Assembly: GCA_973851085.1 (NCBI GenBank)
Contig: OZ316776.1
Coordinates: 10,602,001-10,666,000, forward strand
DNA length: 64,000 bases
From: Ptychomitrium polyphyllum
Taxonomy: Eukaryota
Reading direction: 5' to 3'
Below are positions 38,001-51,359 of this stretch, one piece after another. The position numbers and the translations under genes are program-made. The notes under the pieces are model-generated. The model searched no databases, was not told the DNA's origin, and saw nothing but the letters and a program-made list of their open reading frames with translations. The stretch's first letter is position 1; every line of letters starts with the position of its first letter.

Positions 38001-39687
38001 GGAAGGTGTTGAGACAAAATATTTTTGGGGCAGCACCCTATATCACCTCGAGGACCTACCTTTTAAGTTAGAGGACATGCCCTCCAATTACGGGGGATTC
38101 AGGGAGAAGGTCCAGAATTTAACTATCAGGGATACAATTGAAGCACCTGAACAGCTGAAGGGCCTCCCCGCACGTGGAAATGTCAAGTCTGGTTGCATTC
38201 CTTCGCTTCAGGACCTTGGCTTGAATCCTGCAGCTACTTTGCGACAGGTCCTTTGCACCATCTGACTTTTGATGTAGATGTGTCTAGGCAGCAGTGACGT
38301 CTTTAACTCTTGGTTGCCAATCTTTGCCATGTTTGGACTGCTAAGGCTTTATTTTTGCTTGAAAAATAAAATAAAATAACGTTCAACTGGGACAGAATAT
38401 TCACCCTATTTTGGAAAGTATCACTGGAGTGACGATTCTATTATATTAGTAGTTGCAACTCTTCATAGATAATCTTTCTGAATTGATTATGCTAGCTCGA
38501 GTCTAATTGTGACTCAGAGCTGTGTTTGGAAACGTTTTGCTTCTATGCTCAGTACTATTTGTCTAGCAGGAGGGCCAAACAGCGGGTGGAGTTGGACTAA
38601 TGGGAGGTGAAGAAGAAGCCTTAAAGAGATTGCAGGAGTTTGCTTTAGCTGTGCCGAGCCAAACAAATATATCCAAAGTGAGCAACAGTCATTCAGAGCC
38701 ACGTGGTGATAACTTATATGGTGCTAACTTCTCTTGCAAAATCTCTCCCTGGTTGGCCTTGGGCTGTCTCTCTCCACGTCGAATGTTTGAAGATCTGAAA
38801 AAGACTATCTCAAGGTTTGCTCCTTAGCCCAAGTGTTGCTACCCTCAAGTTCATTTAGTTTTGTTTTGTTTGTAAATAGACGTTTGATGACATGATCAAT
38901 TGGTGTGCTGCTCTACAATGTAAGGAATTCAATTCAGAAAAATCCTCTTGGAAAAGACTTCATTTGCTACATAGAAAATATCGTTATCTGATTTGTTATG
39001 AGCTGCTTTTGTATGGTTGCTATCAAGTTATCTCTTGTAATAATTCGTATTCTACTGTTTTTGTTGAACTACTATTTTCACTTTATCAGCTGAAATTCTA
39101 GCGATTATTTCTGCTATTGTAGCTCCGTCTCGTGCTTATTGAAGTCTTCCGTAATGACTCTGATGTATAATACGAACCATTGATGTACTAGGTTTTCTTG
39201 CTCTGTCAGGAAGCGCACTTGAGGTAGAATTGAATTGCAAATCTGACAGGTTTTTGATGAGTTCACAGTGCTGGAGAAATGTCGACGTTGGCTGTGAAAT
39301 CTACAGGAACTGGAAGTGAAGACAATGGCCTTAGTTGGCTTGGCTTTGAGTTGTTATGGCGGGATTTCTTCAGGTGCACCTTTCATGCTTTCAGTAGTCT
39401 GGCATTTTTTGTATCATTTTTACTCAATTCGTTTGTTAATAAGGTGTCCATCAACCTCAGTATTGACTGTTCGTATGTCCGTTGAATGATTGTGCGATTG
39501 TTGCATTTAACTCAATGCACAGCTGTGGGTTTCTGAGGTAAGTGTTTTGAGTATTCTAGTTGAACAAATTCTTACGTCCAAGCAATGCGTGGTTTTCAGG
39601 TTTATCACAAAGAAATATGGCACTGGAAAGAGGTTGTCAGAGGTTATCCCAGCTAAAGCTAGCACTCCGTCTCTTGTTGCGGCTTGA
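35030..39687 (+). CDS. PHR2: Photolyase/blue-light receptor PHR2 (cryptochrome/photolyase family, short C-terminus). Predicted exons 35030-35231, 36267-36472, 36566-37066, 37969-38247, 38570-38814, 39269-39373, 39600-39687
   Basis: 'DPANAAGLRRASIVWFRNDLRVHDNEAL', 'FDKTGPYRAKFL', 'FWGSTLYHLEDLPF', 'NLYGANFSCKISPWLALGCLSPR', 'WLGFELLWRDFFRFIT'. The first exon is inferred from a phase-1 compatible splice and is less certain. Confidence 0.9.
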
Positions 39688-41640
39688 AACAGCTTTTAAA
39701 TGGAACCTCCGACCTGAAATTTTTTGGGAACAAATTGCTATGTCAAAACATGGCGTAGGTGTAGTTTTCATACCCTTCAAGTCAATTTAGGAATCAGCCA
39801 GCTTGCTGTAGAAATCACCTAACCAGTGGGGTCTTGCTATCCGCTTCTTGTAATATGAGCATCGGTTGTGTAATCTAGTAGACTCAGGGAGTGTTGCAAG
39901 ACTGACATGATAATTACATGCAAGGTTTTGTATCTGAAATGTATACCAACTCACTCCATAATGGAATTAACAACCATTTCTGTTTATTTTCCTTAAACAA
40001 AATGTATACAATGAAACTCCCTTTTGCCAATTATTAGGCTCACATCTAATGAAGATACTACCAAAAGGGACAAGACCTATTCGGCCTGTTGGCTCTTGAT
40101 TTTGGTGACTAGAATATACATGCTTACAAAAATGGGGCATATACTTCCCAGAGACATTCTTGTTGCCAAATCAACAAACATGATAGATTTAAGTGATAGA
40201 TTTTGGAACCAATGGATCCCTATTTGATTTGGTTTTTCTATTAAGGAATTTTAAACATGGTGGTGATTATTGAATTTTTGAGAAGGTACATAAGTACATA
40301 AGAGTGGTAAAATTTTCTTTTCTTTTAAACATTGTCAATATTTCTTGTTTATTTTGTTACCTATAATAAGGTATTTTAGTAACCTACGATTTTAAAGTAC
40401 AAGTAAATAAGTATTATAAAAGTTTAAATAAGAAATTATCCTTCTAAAAGTGCATAGATTTAGATGCATATTGCAAGTTTATCATCTTTAAAACTCTTAA
40501 AAGGATTTATTGCTATAAATAATTTCAATATGTTAGGATTACATAACTTGGAGAGAATGATTGTGAAGTTTTATAATATTGATGGAGACATGTCCTACAA
40601 GTTGAGAAAGAAGATACAACTTTAGAGATCAAGATAAAGCACGTAATACCAATGCAATGTTCACATTAAACAGTGGAGGCATGAGTAATGTATTGAGACC
40701 TAAACCACCATTTAATGAAAGCTGGATACAGAATTGTTAAAAAATTTACCTGTGGTGCATTAGTTCCATGAAAAGGGGGGGGGGGGCATTTTTCACAAAA
40801 TGGATTTCAAGATATAATAGTTGTCTATAAACAGATGTCTTGTTTTGAAATGATCCAGGAATTTCTGAACCTTCTGATTGAGTTGTAGGACATGGAAGAA
40901 GATTGCAAATCCTGTCGGCTTTCTATGAGTTGGCATATCTGATTTTACGCTGCTCAAGTGCTGCTATTGGCACATAGGTCGAATTGTACAATGTTTCAGA
41001 GAAATCGTTGACATGGTTAATGTTTGCACAATTGTTGGAGTTGCAATACTCTTGTTGCTCTGCTATCTCAGCACTCTTCGTGGCCTGCAATCCCAGACCG
41101 TGGGGTAAGTATGCTACATGTATGGTTGTTTATCTCTTGAAAAGGTGCCAAGTGATGTCCATCTTCTTGTTCATTATTTCACCTTCATCATGTCTTTGCG
41201 ACATAGAGCATGTCTTGGAACATTGACCTCCAACACTCTTAGATATGAGTCCAACAGTTCTCGTCTCTTTTGAGTGTGCATGTTCTCTTTCAAACCAGGA
41301 GACTAGTATAATGGAAACGTTTAAAAGAGAATGAAAAAGAAACTAAACTTTATGCATGAATGGGATTTGGCATCCAGCGTAATCTAAGCAAGATGAGCAC
41401 GCTGTTTGTTTTTTACTTTTAACAAAGATGAGCTTATGTAATTTCAAATTATGTTTATACTCGAGCAATTGCGTTAAATATCAGGTGCAAATTGGACAAC
41501 TTAGTTGAAAAGAAAATATAGCCAAAAGCTCTATGCATTAATCAAAAATGCAAATAATGCACGTTCTAAACTCGAGGCAAAACTGGCCTAACAAACTGCT
41601 CCAACTAATAACTACTGTTCTGTACCACTTGTTGTGAACT

Positions 41641-44600
41641 TCACATGCTCTTGTTCTGTACCACTTGGTTGATTTTATCCGCCAGGTCATCCCAATTGAT
41701 AGGCTTTGTTAAATAGCCCGTTAGACCCATTGCCACAAGACTCTCCTTTCCCTGAGTCAAAACATCAGCAGTCAAGGCGAAGATTGGAATATCACCCACC
41801 CTACCTCCCAACGCACGAATTGCTTTGGTAGCAGTAAGACCATCCATAACAGGCATTTGGAGATCCATTAGAACCATGTCATACTGGCCAGCTTGGATCT
41901 TGTCCACTGCCAGCTGCCCATTAACCACCAACTCAACCTGCATACACAAAATAGACATGAGGGATAAATTAAGATGAATTGAATTAAAGAGAGGCGGTTC
42001 TATCCTGTGTGCAAAAACATTATAGAGCACTCTTTTCAGGCTCCTTATGAAAAAATATCCAAGATGTCGTTTGAGTACAATTTTAGATTCAAGCACATAC
42101 AGAATGAAAGGCACCGTATGTCATAATCTAGGAAATGGAAGAAGTTGGCAAATGGGCACATCTGAAACAACTTGTACTTATGTTTTTATGGCAACAATAA
42201 TAATTCACTTCTTTAAAGCAGCAGGGTACTCTAACTATTTAATAATAACATATCATGGATACAAGTCACTGCTAGTCAACATCATGCAACCAACTAATTG
42301 ACCATAAACATGCTGATCAATCACATAATTAAATTTCAACAGGGCAAGGTTTACGATACCTCATGGCCATAATGCTTGAGCATTTTCCTGATAAGAAGCT
42401 GGTTCACCTTGTTATCTTCAGCAACCAAAACTCGAAGAGTTCTTCCTTTGGTCTTCAATTGTGCTTCTTTCTTATGCTCTTCAGGTGAAGGGATAAGATC
42501 CAACTCTGTACAAGGATTAAATGCTGGTCTTAGTGGCACACAAAATACAAATGTACTTCCTATCCCAGTTTCACTTTCAACCCAGATCCTCCCTCCCATA
42601 GCTTCCACTACCCCTTTGCAGATAGCAAGCCCCAAACCCGTTCCCCCAAACTTCCTTGTAGTGCTACTGTCCGCTTGAGAGAAAGACTGAAACAGTCGCC
42701 CTTGCTGCTCCTTTGTAAGCCCTATTCCCGTGTCTGTAACTCGAACTTCAAACCACGCGGGTAATTCTAAAAACGTTTCTTCTAATTCTTGTTCGTTCTC
42801 CATATTTACAGAGCCTTCGCCATCCTCTCCCATTGTGTCTAAATGGTACTCAAAATCTGCAGAATCGTGTCTTCTATCTATCAGAACATTGGAAGGTTGG
42901 TCCTGGGCTCGTATAGCTAGCTTCCCTAAAACCGTGTCAGGTTCTTTAGAACGTCGTGAAGACTCAGATTGCACGCTCTGCACCTTGTCATCTTCTACAG
43001 GAACCTGCAAATCCTCCAGATTTCAATATCAAAATTGTAGACCAGGAAGAACAAGCATTTATATTTATTCAAAGGCTTCAAAGAAGGTCTGACCTTAATA
43101 TTATAAGATAACAACCAGCCGTTTTATTATTCAATCTCTAATTTGTTAAATTAATCTTCATTTAAAACTTGGAGGAAACATGAAGTGATTTTATATTATC
43201 TCAGACTATTACGCACCTCGTTAGTGAGAACACAGCTATTATCTGCCATATCTGCACCCTCCAAGCCTGGTGGTCGATTAATTTCATCTACACGGGTCCA
43301 TGTAATAGTTATACCGCCGCGCTCGGTAAACTTGATGGCATTGCTGAGCAAGTTTGTGAGTACCTGGGAGCAAATAAGGCATACCACCATCAATGATGCT
43401 GAAACCAACTTCCGACTACACAGAATAACAGAACTTTAGTCTTGTTACGGAAAAGAAGCTTGTCATCAAATTTACCAAGATTAAAACTTAATAATAAATA
43501 TTGCATACCTGCCGGAGTCGATTAGGATCGCCTCTCACTACCATCTCGTCTGCAGGTGGCTTAGATACTATGAGTCGTAACTTCTTCTCTTGTAATTTCC
43601 CTTGAAACAAGGCCTTTACCTGTCACATCAGCCACACCAAGGAGTCTGAAAACCTTGACATTAAACACATGTCTACAGGGAATACGCAGGTATAATCAAT
43701 TATATACGTAAAGAATCAAATTCAATCTATTCCAGAGAACTTATGATCTCACCTGGTCAAGAAGCTCTCCAATGTGGAAGTCTACTATCTCTAGAGCCAT
43801 TTGACCTGACTGGATTTTGGAGAAATCAAGGATTTCATTCAAAACTTGCATAAGACTCTCAGCAGATACTTGCATGACCTTGACATAGGCCCCTTGTTCA
43901 GGGGTCAGAGATGTCAATAGGAGTAGGTCTAGCATTCCCAGTACACCTGTGGACAAGGGAAACAATGATCCTTTTAGCAGACGAATGATACCTGGAAATA
44001 GTTTAAATTATTTGAATTAATGAGGTTCTCACAGCTGCAAATTTACAATACAATCTAAGAATGTTGGCGAGAATTATTACCAGTCATTGGAGTCCGAAGC
44101 TCATGGCTCATCATAGCTAGAAACTGTGACTTGGCAACATTAGCTTGCTCAATTGCATCATGGGCATCCTTCTCAGTGGTTACATCATCAAATAGCCATA
44201 CACGGCCAAGGGTTGACATAGAGGTAATGGGGTATGACCGCACTTTTAAGACACTTCGCGGGTCCTTGAGCTCCCATGTCCACTCATGACACTGATCCGG
44301 GTGATTTACCAAGGAGTTGAAACACCTGTCAACACAATAGTTAATGAAGATTAGAATAGGAAAACTTTGTGCAACAAGATCAATTTTAGCCGTGTAGCAG
44401 CAATTTGAATCTGGTACTGAAAATAGTGAAAGAGATTACCGGTACGTGCTGCCTCGGTCTTTGCACCGATCAGCCAGTCTTCTAATACCACCTGCTACTT
44501 GCACTGGATCTACTTCACCTGCATTCAGTAGACCCAGTACCTTGGCTGCTGCTTCGTTGACCAGGCAGGGTGCCCTCTTATCGTCCACAAATACCACTGC

Positions 44601-46698
44601 CTGTTTGTAGAATTATTGTGTGTCAAACACATCAAAGATCTTGACATATTAGATGCAAATTAATCACAAGAGACCATGATTGATTGGCATCATTATCTCC
44701 AAGAAAAGAGAATTCTTTAATAAAAAACATTAAACATGATAGGACAAATTCCAGTCACTATTTAGGCGTAAATCTTGTTGGATTTAAAATTCAAAGTGTC
44801 TCCCAAAGCGGATCAGATTAACTGCCTATAAAATTGCTTAGAAGCAAATTTATAGTTAACCAATACCAGCAGAATACGGCTGAAATATATGATCCTGTTG
44901 TTAAACTACATAACTACAAAATAGAATACAAATGTTGAAACAGGGTTACCTGTGGCATTCTTTTCATAATAGTGTCAAACCTGCGCCCCATCCTGTCACA
45001 ACATCGAGCTCGGACACGGTTCGCAAGTAAAAGCGGGAATGTGTGACCAGCATCTGACATCACGTCCTCAGCCACATCTGGTACCTTTGCAGGGTCCAAC
45101 CACATTGCAAAGCACATGCCCTCGTAATTGCTGTTTGCAAGCATAACACAAAGAATATGCTGATCAAGTCAGTCCTCATCAAAGGAGGCGCAAAAAGCCG
45201 AAAGGGCAAGTACCTTTCTCTAGAGAATGAGAATGAGAATGAGAGAAATACCACTAAATTCTCTTATTCAGTAGCAGTGTTTAAATTTACCTAGAGAATG
45301 AGAGAATTTACTGGTAGAGCACTTACTCTTCAGCACTAAATTTTGTCGCTAAATACCGTTTTGGTCGAGACCCCAACGCAGCAGTGATCACGCTCGGCAG
45401 CAACAATCCCTGTGTGTCAACAACCTACCATGCCCATCCAGACTACGTTTCATTATTCACTGGACAAGGTTCAGATAAAAGTAAGATACTCAATTGTCTT
45501 GTCAGACTGCGTGCACTCTCAAAGCCCAAAACAATCTGCAAGGAAAAGGAGATAGTGTTCACAGCCCGAATTATATCAAAAAAATCCAAAGTCATTTAGG
45601 ATCATGTAAACCTCATAATAAAGTCTAGTGATTTACTATTACTAGTAGAACTCCAGTGAATAACCCGAAAATAAATGTTCTGAGTAACACTCTCTGTTTA
45701 GGTAGGGTAAAAAGAGGAAATTAAGAACATAGAATTAGGAGGCTAATGTTAAAAGGGAACTATAATCACACGGACGAAACAGACTGAAAAAAAACCACAA
45801 ATAGTCTACTAGGTTAAACAAAATTCCAAGAAAATCCAATGTGAAAAGGCTTTCTTCAGGGTTGATATGATTACGGAAATAAGAAAGAAAAAGAAAAAAC
45901 AAATTCAAACAGAAAGTATCATACCAACAAGCCTCTGAATATCTTAAGCATTGCTGTGCCTTTCGAACAAAGGATACCCTCCAAAAATTCCTCAAACGAC
46001 TCAAATTGTGGCATACAAACCTTATTTTATTACTTAGTAATAAAGAAAATAAACATACAAACACTCTATTGATATGAACAACGCACGGCAAGAAGAAAAC
46101 TAAGACCTACTCATGCAGCTTTGAAGAGTCTTGACTGCCGCACCTCGCAAGTATTCTTCGCCAACAACCCCTTGGACAGCCTTAACGACATATTGATCAA
46201 GTCCCTGGGCACGCAGAGGACGGTCTCAAGCAGCCCTTGTGACTGCAACAGCCCAGCAACGATCAGATCACACTGTAAACCAGTGGCTGTCATCTGTAGA
46301 ACAGCATGAGGCAAGTCCATAAACTCCTCCTTTTGAGCTCTTGTCGCTTGGGATCTAGGTGACGAAGTAGGGCTCATGCCCAGCACTGACGCTGCAACGC
46401 CACCCAATTGCTTAATACTCAAACCAGCGGGTTGAGAACTGTTGTTCCATGAGCTGGAAGAGCCCACCCCTGTTTCTACGCTCAGGATTGACCTAGCGGT
46501 ACCTGCTGCTGACCCATCCGCATGTGCAGGCTCAAAAGTTGATTTAGCGGGCAAATTGATGCTACTTGACTGGCTCTCATCACTGAGTTTGAGCTTCTTG
46601 TTCGGTGAACATGATGTATCGGCCATCTCAGGCTTGCGTATAGAGTTTATATTCGACATTACAGAGCTTGCACTATCACCACCTGAACTCGACTCCAT
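41641..46698 (-). CDS. Soluble hybrid sensor histidine kinase: Ser-rich N-terminus, possible GAF-like region, PAS, HisKA, HATPase_c, receiver. Predicted exons 46698-46144, 45409-45357, 45130-44950, 44600-44440, 44325-44081, 43946-43753, 43619-43509, 43363-43217, 43004-42360, 41937-41641
   Basis: PAS-like 'RFDTIMKRMPQAVVFVDD...VNEAAAKVLG...GRVWLFDDVT', H-box 'AKSQFLAMMSHELRTPMTGVLG', 'GDPNRLRQVLTNLLSNAIKFT', G1 'DTGIG', F 'FQSFSQAD', G2 'GGTGLGLAI', receiver 'VLVAEDN...VLMDLQMPVMDG...TKP'. No transmembrane segment seen. Confidence 0.9.
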
Positions 46699-46994
46699 TG
46701 TACTGAATGGCTTCTAGAAGCTTCAGCTAACTTATAACTGGATGGACTATCAGATTATGATCATATTTTAGAAAACACCAACCTACTCTCTTTTAGTACA
46801 AACTACGAGAAATACCGGACAGATCGGGTTGTCTATTGGAAGTCTTAATCTTAACCTTAAGAGTTGCTGGATAGCCTAAACTAAATCGTTGCATCCAACA
46901 AAGGGCTTCGGCATGAACTTCTAAATTTCCTAAAATCATCACTATCGTCAACCTTGTACCCAAAATCGTAAGCACCTAACAAAGGTCTCAAGTT

Positions 46995-48088
46995 TCAAAT
47001 GCATATGTCGCAGACGATGTGACGTCTCAAGGCCGGAATAACAACATCCGGCGCACTGAGCTGAGGCAAATGACCCTCTGCTTGCAGTATCTCCACAATT
47101 GTCGGACCCCCGAGAGAATGATGCAGGTACGCTGAAACGACGACAGGGACTGCCAGATCCTTGGTGCTTTGGAGAATATGGCAAGGGACTTGAACCTGAG
47201 ATAACCCCAATTGTGGTCAAAATGTGAACGCTGAGTGATAAGCATTCACTACAAAAATAAATGCAAAATATGCAAGAATTTGCAAGACCTAACCTTTCCA
47301 GATTAGAGTCAGTTACGAGCAATGCATGGAGGGGCAGGAAGGACCTGATGTAAAATACTGCGCAAATCACTTGTGAAAATGGTCTTGGCGACACTGAAGG
47401 CAATGTCTGGACGAATATTGAAAAGAGTTCTGCTAAATTCCTGAACTGCCATTGAGTCTATGTCCGCTCCAAGTGCGAGAGGTGCAAAACCCGATACCCA
47501 TGCCTTGAAATTGGATTGCATAGCATGGAACAGTTGGTTGAGATCCTCCTCATTCAGGCCCCCAAGATAATCAACGGTGTTGAGATACCTGCACAAGAAA
47601 AATCCTCTAATGATATAAACTCACACTGTTACAATCCTTATTCCTGCACACCCTCAACTCTCCCTAAGCCAGTACATAGATAAAGATTAGTGGAGATTAA
47701 TATCACATTACCTCGGAGAAGATGAGATCAGAACAATCTTGGAAAAGATGTGCGGCCGTTCAATCGAGGCTAAGCAGCCAATCATACCAGCAACCGAATG
47801 CCCAACGTAAATACACGAATCAATCTCCAGCTCATCTAGAATTGCAAGCAAGTCATCAACGTAACCATACAAGTTGGAGTATCGCGACGCACTAAAATAA
47901 TCTGGGTCCGTGGTGCCAGCGCCCATGCTGTCGAAGACAACGACCTTGAAGTCTTTGAGAAAGTGGGGTACGACATACTTCCAAACGGACTGATCGGTAC
48001 CAAAGCCATGGCCGAACACAACAACCTCCTTCCCATGTCCCTGTACCGTCACATTGTGAACCTCAAGAATTGTAGGAATCTGAGACAT
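46995..48088 (-). CDS. KAI2L: KAI2/D14-family (RsbQ-like) alpha/beta hydrolase, copy A. Exons 48088-47712, 47588-47345, 47195-46995
   Basis: '[10 protein letters not shown]', nucleophile 'GHSVAG', 'SSPRY', 'FAPLALGAD...[17 protein letters not shown]', catalytic Asp 'KDLAVP' and His 'EGHLPQLS'. Introns are GT-AG and in frame; stop TGA at 46997-46995. Confidence 0.93.
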
Positions 48089-50584
48089 GGATCCCGAAGC
48101 CTTGATGAGCAGCCCTAATCTCCACAATTCGCATTAAACGCGCCCTTCCTCCCAACGCTCTAAAAGGTACGCGCAGCAAATACACCTGCGCCCCTACAAA
48201 CATACTCTGTTTAGAACCATAGCCAGAGTCAGTGAAACTAATCAACTCCAACGATTCTCAAACTCTATGGAGCCTCTAAGATGCTCAGTAAAAGTTTGAG
48301 AGCGGCAAGATCTTCCGGGAAGGTGTACCCGGTCACTTGGGTCGTGCCAAACCACCTTCAAAGATTCTAGAGAAACGGCACCGAAGGTTCACCGTCTAGA
48401 TATTCTACAGTGAAGCCCAAATGCAATACATATTGCAGAGTTACTGTGGATAGAATCTTCGCAGGACGAGATGCTTCTCGCGGCTTGTGTGCCGGTCAAA
48501 GGTGCGATTCCCAAGGTGAACCAAATCAACCCTAATTCAAAACAGATTGGAAACTTTCAAAGCACTACACAACTAGTCTCGGAATTCCCACGCAGTAGAT
48601 TGAGAGAAGTACTCGAATCTACTACACCTTGTCGACGACTCTGAAGACTCGCAAGAGCTAAATTCACAACTCAGCGTGATAACGGTCCCCAGCAGCACTC
48701 TAAATGGGAAATCCAACATCCCAGCTTACCAGGCCTCCAACTTGAAGCTACTTCCGTCACAACCACGCAAACCTCGACAGCCAACCGAAGAGACAAACTG
48801 CTACGCGAACTCTGTGAGATGAAGAGCGCGCACTCTCACTTCGTCATCCACAACGCGAACTCACTCACACTGCGACCACTACTCGAAAGATATACTAGAG
48901 GAAAATCAAATAACAAAGAAAAATTTAACCAAAAGAAAAGATAAACCTTTTGCTCCGGTAAAACACACATCCCGAGAAGTCTCGGAAACTCACACTTGGG
49001 CGTGAATCTCGCCCCCTGATCCAAGCCTTCCAAGGACGAGCTCCCGACCCATCCACCTCAGAGGTCCATTCCCAATCACAGCCACAGCTCTCCGCAGCGC
49101 TGGCGCCACATCAACGACTCAACTCAGATCATCACAGAAACTTACCACCCTCTCCTCTCCCTTCACCAAAACGCAAAACTTTGAACTAAGTTCACATCAA
49201 TCAACACCAAGCTTAAATCTGGACACTCACCATTAGTCCCGGTTTTGATCACATATCAAAACAATCATCATCAACATCCTGCACTTAGTAACCTCAGAGC
49301 CATGCAACTTCCAAGCAAGCCCGTCTGATCCTGATCTTTCAGCTAAAGGTGGCGCCTTTGGGGTTGTTTGGACCAGAAAACGAAAGGCGGTAGTTTTAAT
49401 TATTGCGTTGGAGAGAGTCAACTGCTGGGAAGACAATTATGGAATCATGGAACCATGCGATCGGCAAGGCGAGTGAGTGACTGAGTTTAGCGGTTGAACT
49501 TTCGAAGCGGATCAGCGGCTGCATTACTGAAATGCTTGGATTGGTTGCTATAGTAATCGGTAAAGGACTTCTGACGACAGTGGGTCATCGATGGATGAAT
49601 TGCTACCTGATCACAATAATGACGATGACTACACTCCGCAGACTCCCACTAGAACTCTGAAAACGAGTTCATCCTCTCAACTTCTTCCGAGGCCGGACTC
49701 AACAGCGTCGTTCAAGTGTGCCCCACATTCCCTTGGTAAGTGGAGCTTGGGAAGAAAGCGGCAGTAAACTTCGAGTTATGCTTCTTTCCTTATTCCTTTG
49801 CCATAAAACAATGAAAGTCCTCCGCACTGACGAGTCCTTGCGACACCTGCTGCACTACAATCATGCCCGGGACGTCGAGTCAATGTTAAATGCTTTGGTT
49901 GCTTCCACTGCTCTGGCATTCTTTCTTTTGCAGAAGGGACTGTAGCATCCCCTTCACTGGTAATGAGACCAAGAGTTGGGCTCAAGCGCACAGATGGGAC
50001 GATTGTAAATGGGGTACATTTCACAAAAGAAGGGAGTTTTAAGTGGGGGTGGGTGAAAGTTTGAGTGCAAATCTAGATAAGAGGATTATGGTTCATAGTG
50101 AAGAGAATAAGCAAATCTTAATATCTGTGAACACCAAGTGTTTCAAAAACATGAACATGGATAGAAAAATTAGAATCCTAAAAGTTGTTGGATCTTTACA
50201 TTTTATTTTTTTAAATGATGTATTTGATAGGTTCAAGTAATTTTGATATCAAAGTAGGCTTGTATTCTTTGGATATGAATAACCTCTTGGAGCAGTAAGA
50301 AATAAGTCTTTTGAAGTTATGGAAAGCACTATCCACACTTACCATGCAAAATTTCAAACAATTTTTAATTCATAAGAAGTTACTTAGGTTGCAGTTCATA
50401 TTTTGCTTGATGTATATAAAACTAAGGAGTATCAATGTTTTCTAGCAATAAAAGCTCTCCATTCCTTTGGATTTCATTAAACCTAAATGTATTAGGCCTT
50501 AAGACTAAATTGCCCTACTATATAATCACATTAACAATAATAACATAACATTCTTCAACAAAAGCAATTAGTTAGCTTACTAGT

Positions 50585-51060
50585 ATTAAAGCATATTTTA
50601 TACGTAGATGTAATACTTTAATCCATAATAGTAGTAGATAAGGGTCAAATTTCACCAATGCCATAACATGTTGTCTTTATATCTATGATGACATTCAATA
50701 TGAATTAATGCCAGATTTTGAAGCATGTTCTATTTTATCAAAGTACAACTTTAATGAATGATAAAGGTAGGTAAGGATTGAATTTCACTCCCCTAATAAT
50801 ATAAGATATTTTTGTACACAATATCACTGGATAGGAACCAATGTGAGTGTCAAAGTACATAGTACTTAATGAAAGTAGTAATTTAACCAACAATAGCAAC
50901 TAGTAAAAGGCTAATCTTATTAATGTAATAACATATTATACTTTGATTTATAACACCACTATAAAATATCAATGTTAGTATCAAAGCATGTTCTATTTTT
51001 TGAAATATCACTTTAATTTGTAATAGAAGTAAATATAGGATTTAATCACACCACCTTTAT
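50585..51060 (+). repeat. Highly degenerate tandem repeat, about 131-bp period, about 4 copies
   Basis: Core resembling aagcatgttctatttt...actttaat...aggatt.aat..cac near 50589, 50721, 50852 and 50984. The 50721 and 50984 copies share aagcatgttctatttt exactly. Confidence 0.45.
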
Positions 51061-51359
51061 AGCATGTTATTCCTATTGCCTATGGCATATTGAAAACAAT
51101 ACTTAAACTTATTATTCTAATGATTAGCTATGAACTTTCATTGATGCCAACATTTATGAAAATATTACAAATTAAATTTTACATCTTTTTTATTTTTTAT
51201 TCAACTTCTTTCAATTATATTTTACATAAAAACTCCAAAACTAACAAATTTAATGTAAAGAAATAAACAAAAAATTAATATTTTTTTCAACCTCCAATTA
51301 TTGGATTTTAAATTGAATAATAAAAAAAACATGAAATTTTTTTTTAACAAAGTTAATTG

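Noticed and set aside
41616..41667. 16-bp direct repeat (tgttctgtaccacttg) flanking the HK stop codon
   Set aside because: Consistent with a small slippage duplication; no evidence of function.
45490..45535. Possible extra HK exon (IVLGFESARSLTRQL) after a strong acceptor
   Set aside because: Its plausible donor gives a phase incompatible with the next exon. Exon 1 splices in frame directly to 45409.
46699..46997. Single in-frame KAI2L-HK fusion protein by stop read-through
   Set aside because: KAI2L has its own stop and there are several in-frame stops immediately upstream of the HK ATG.
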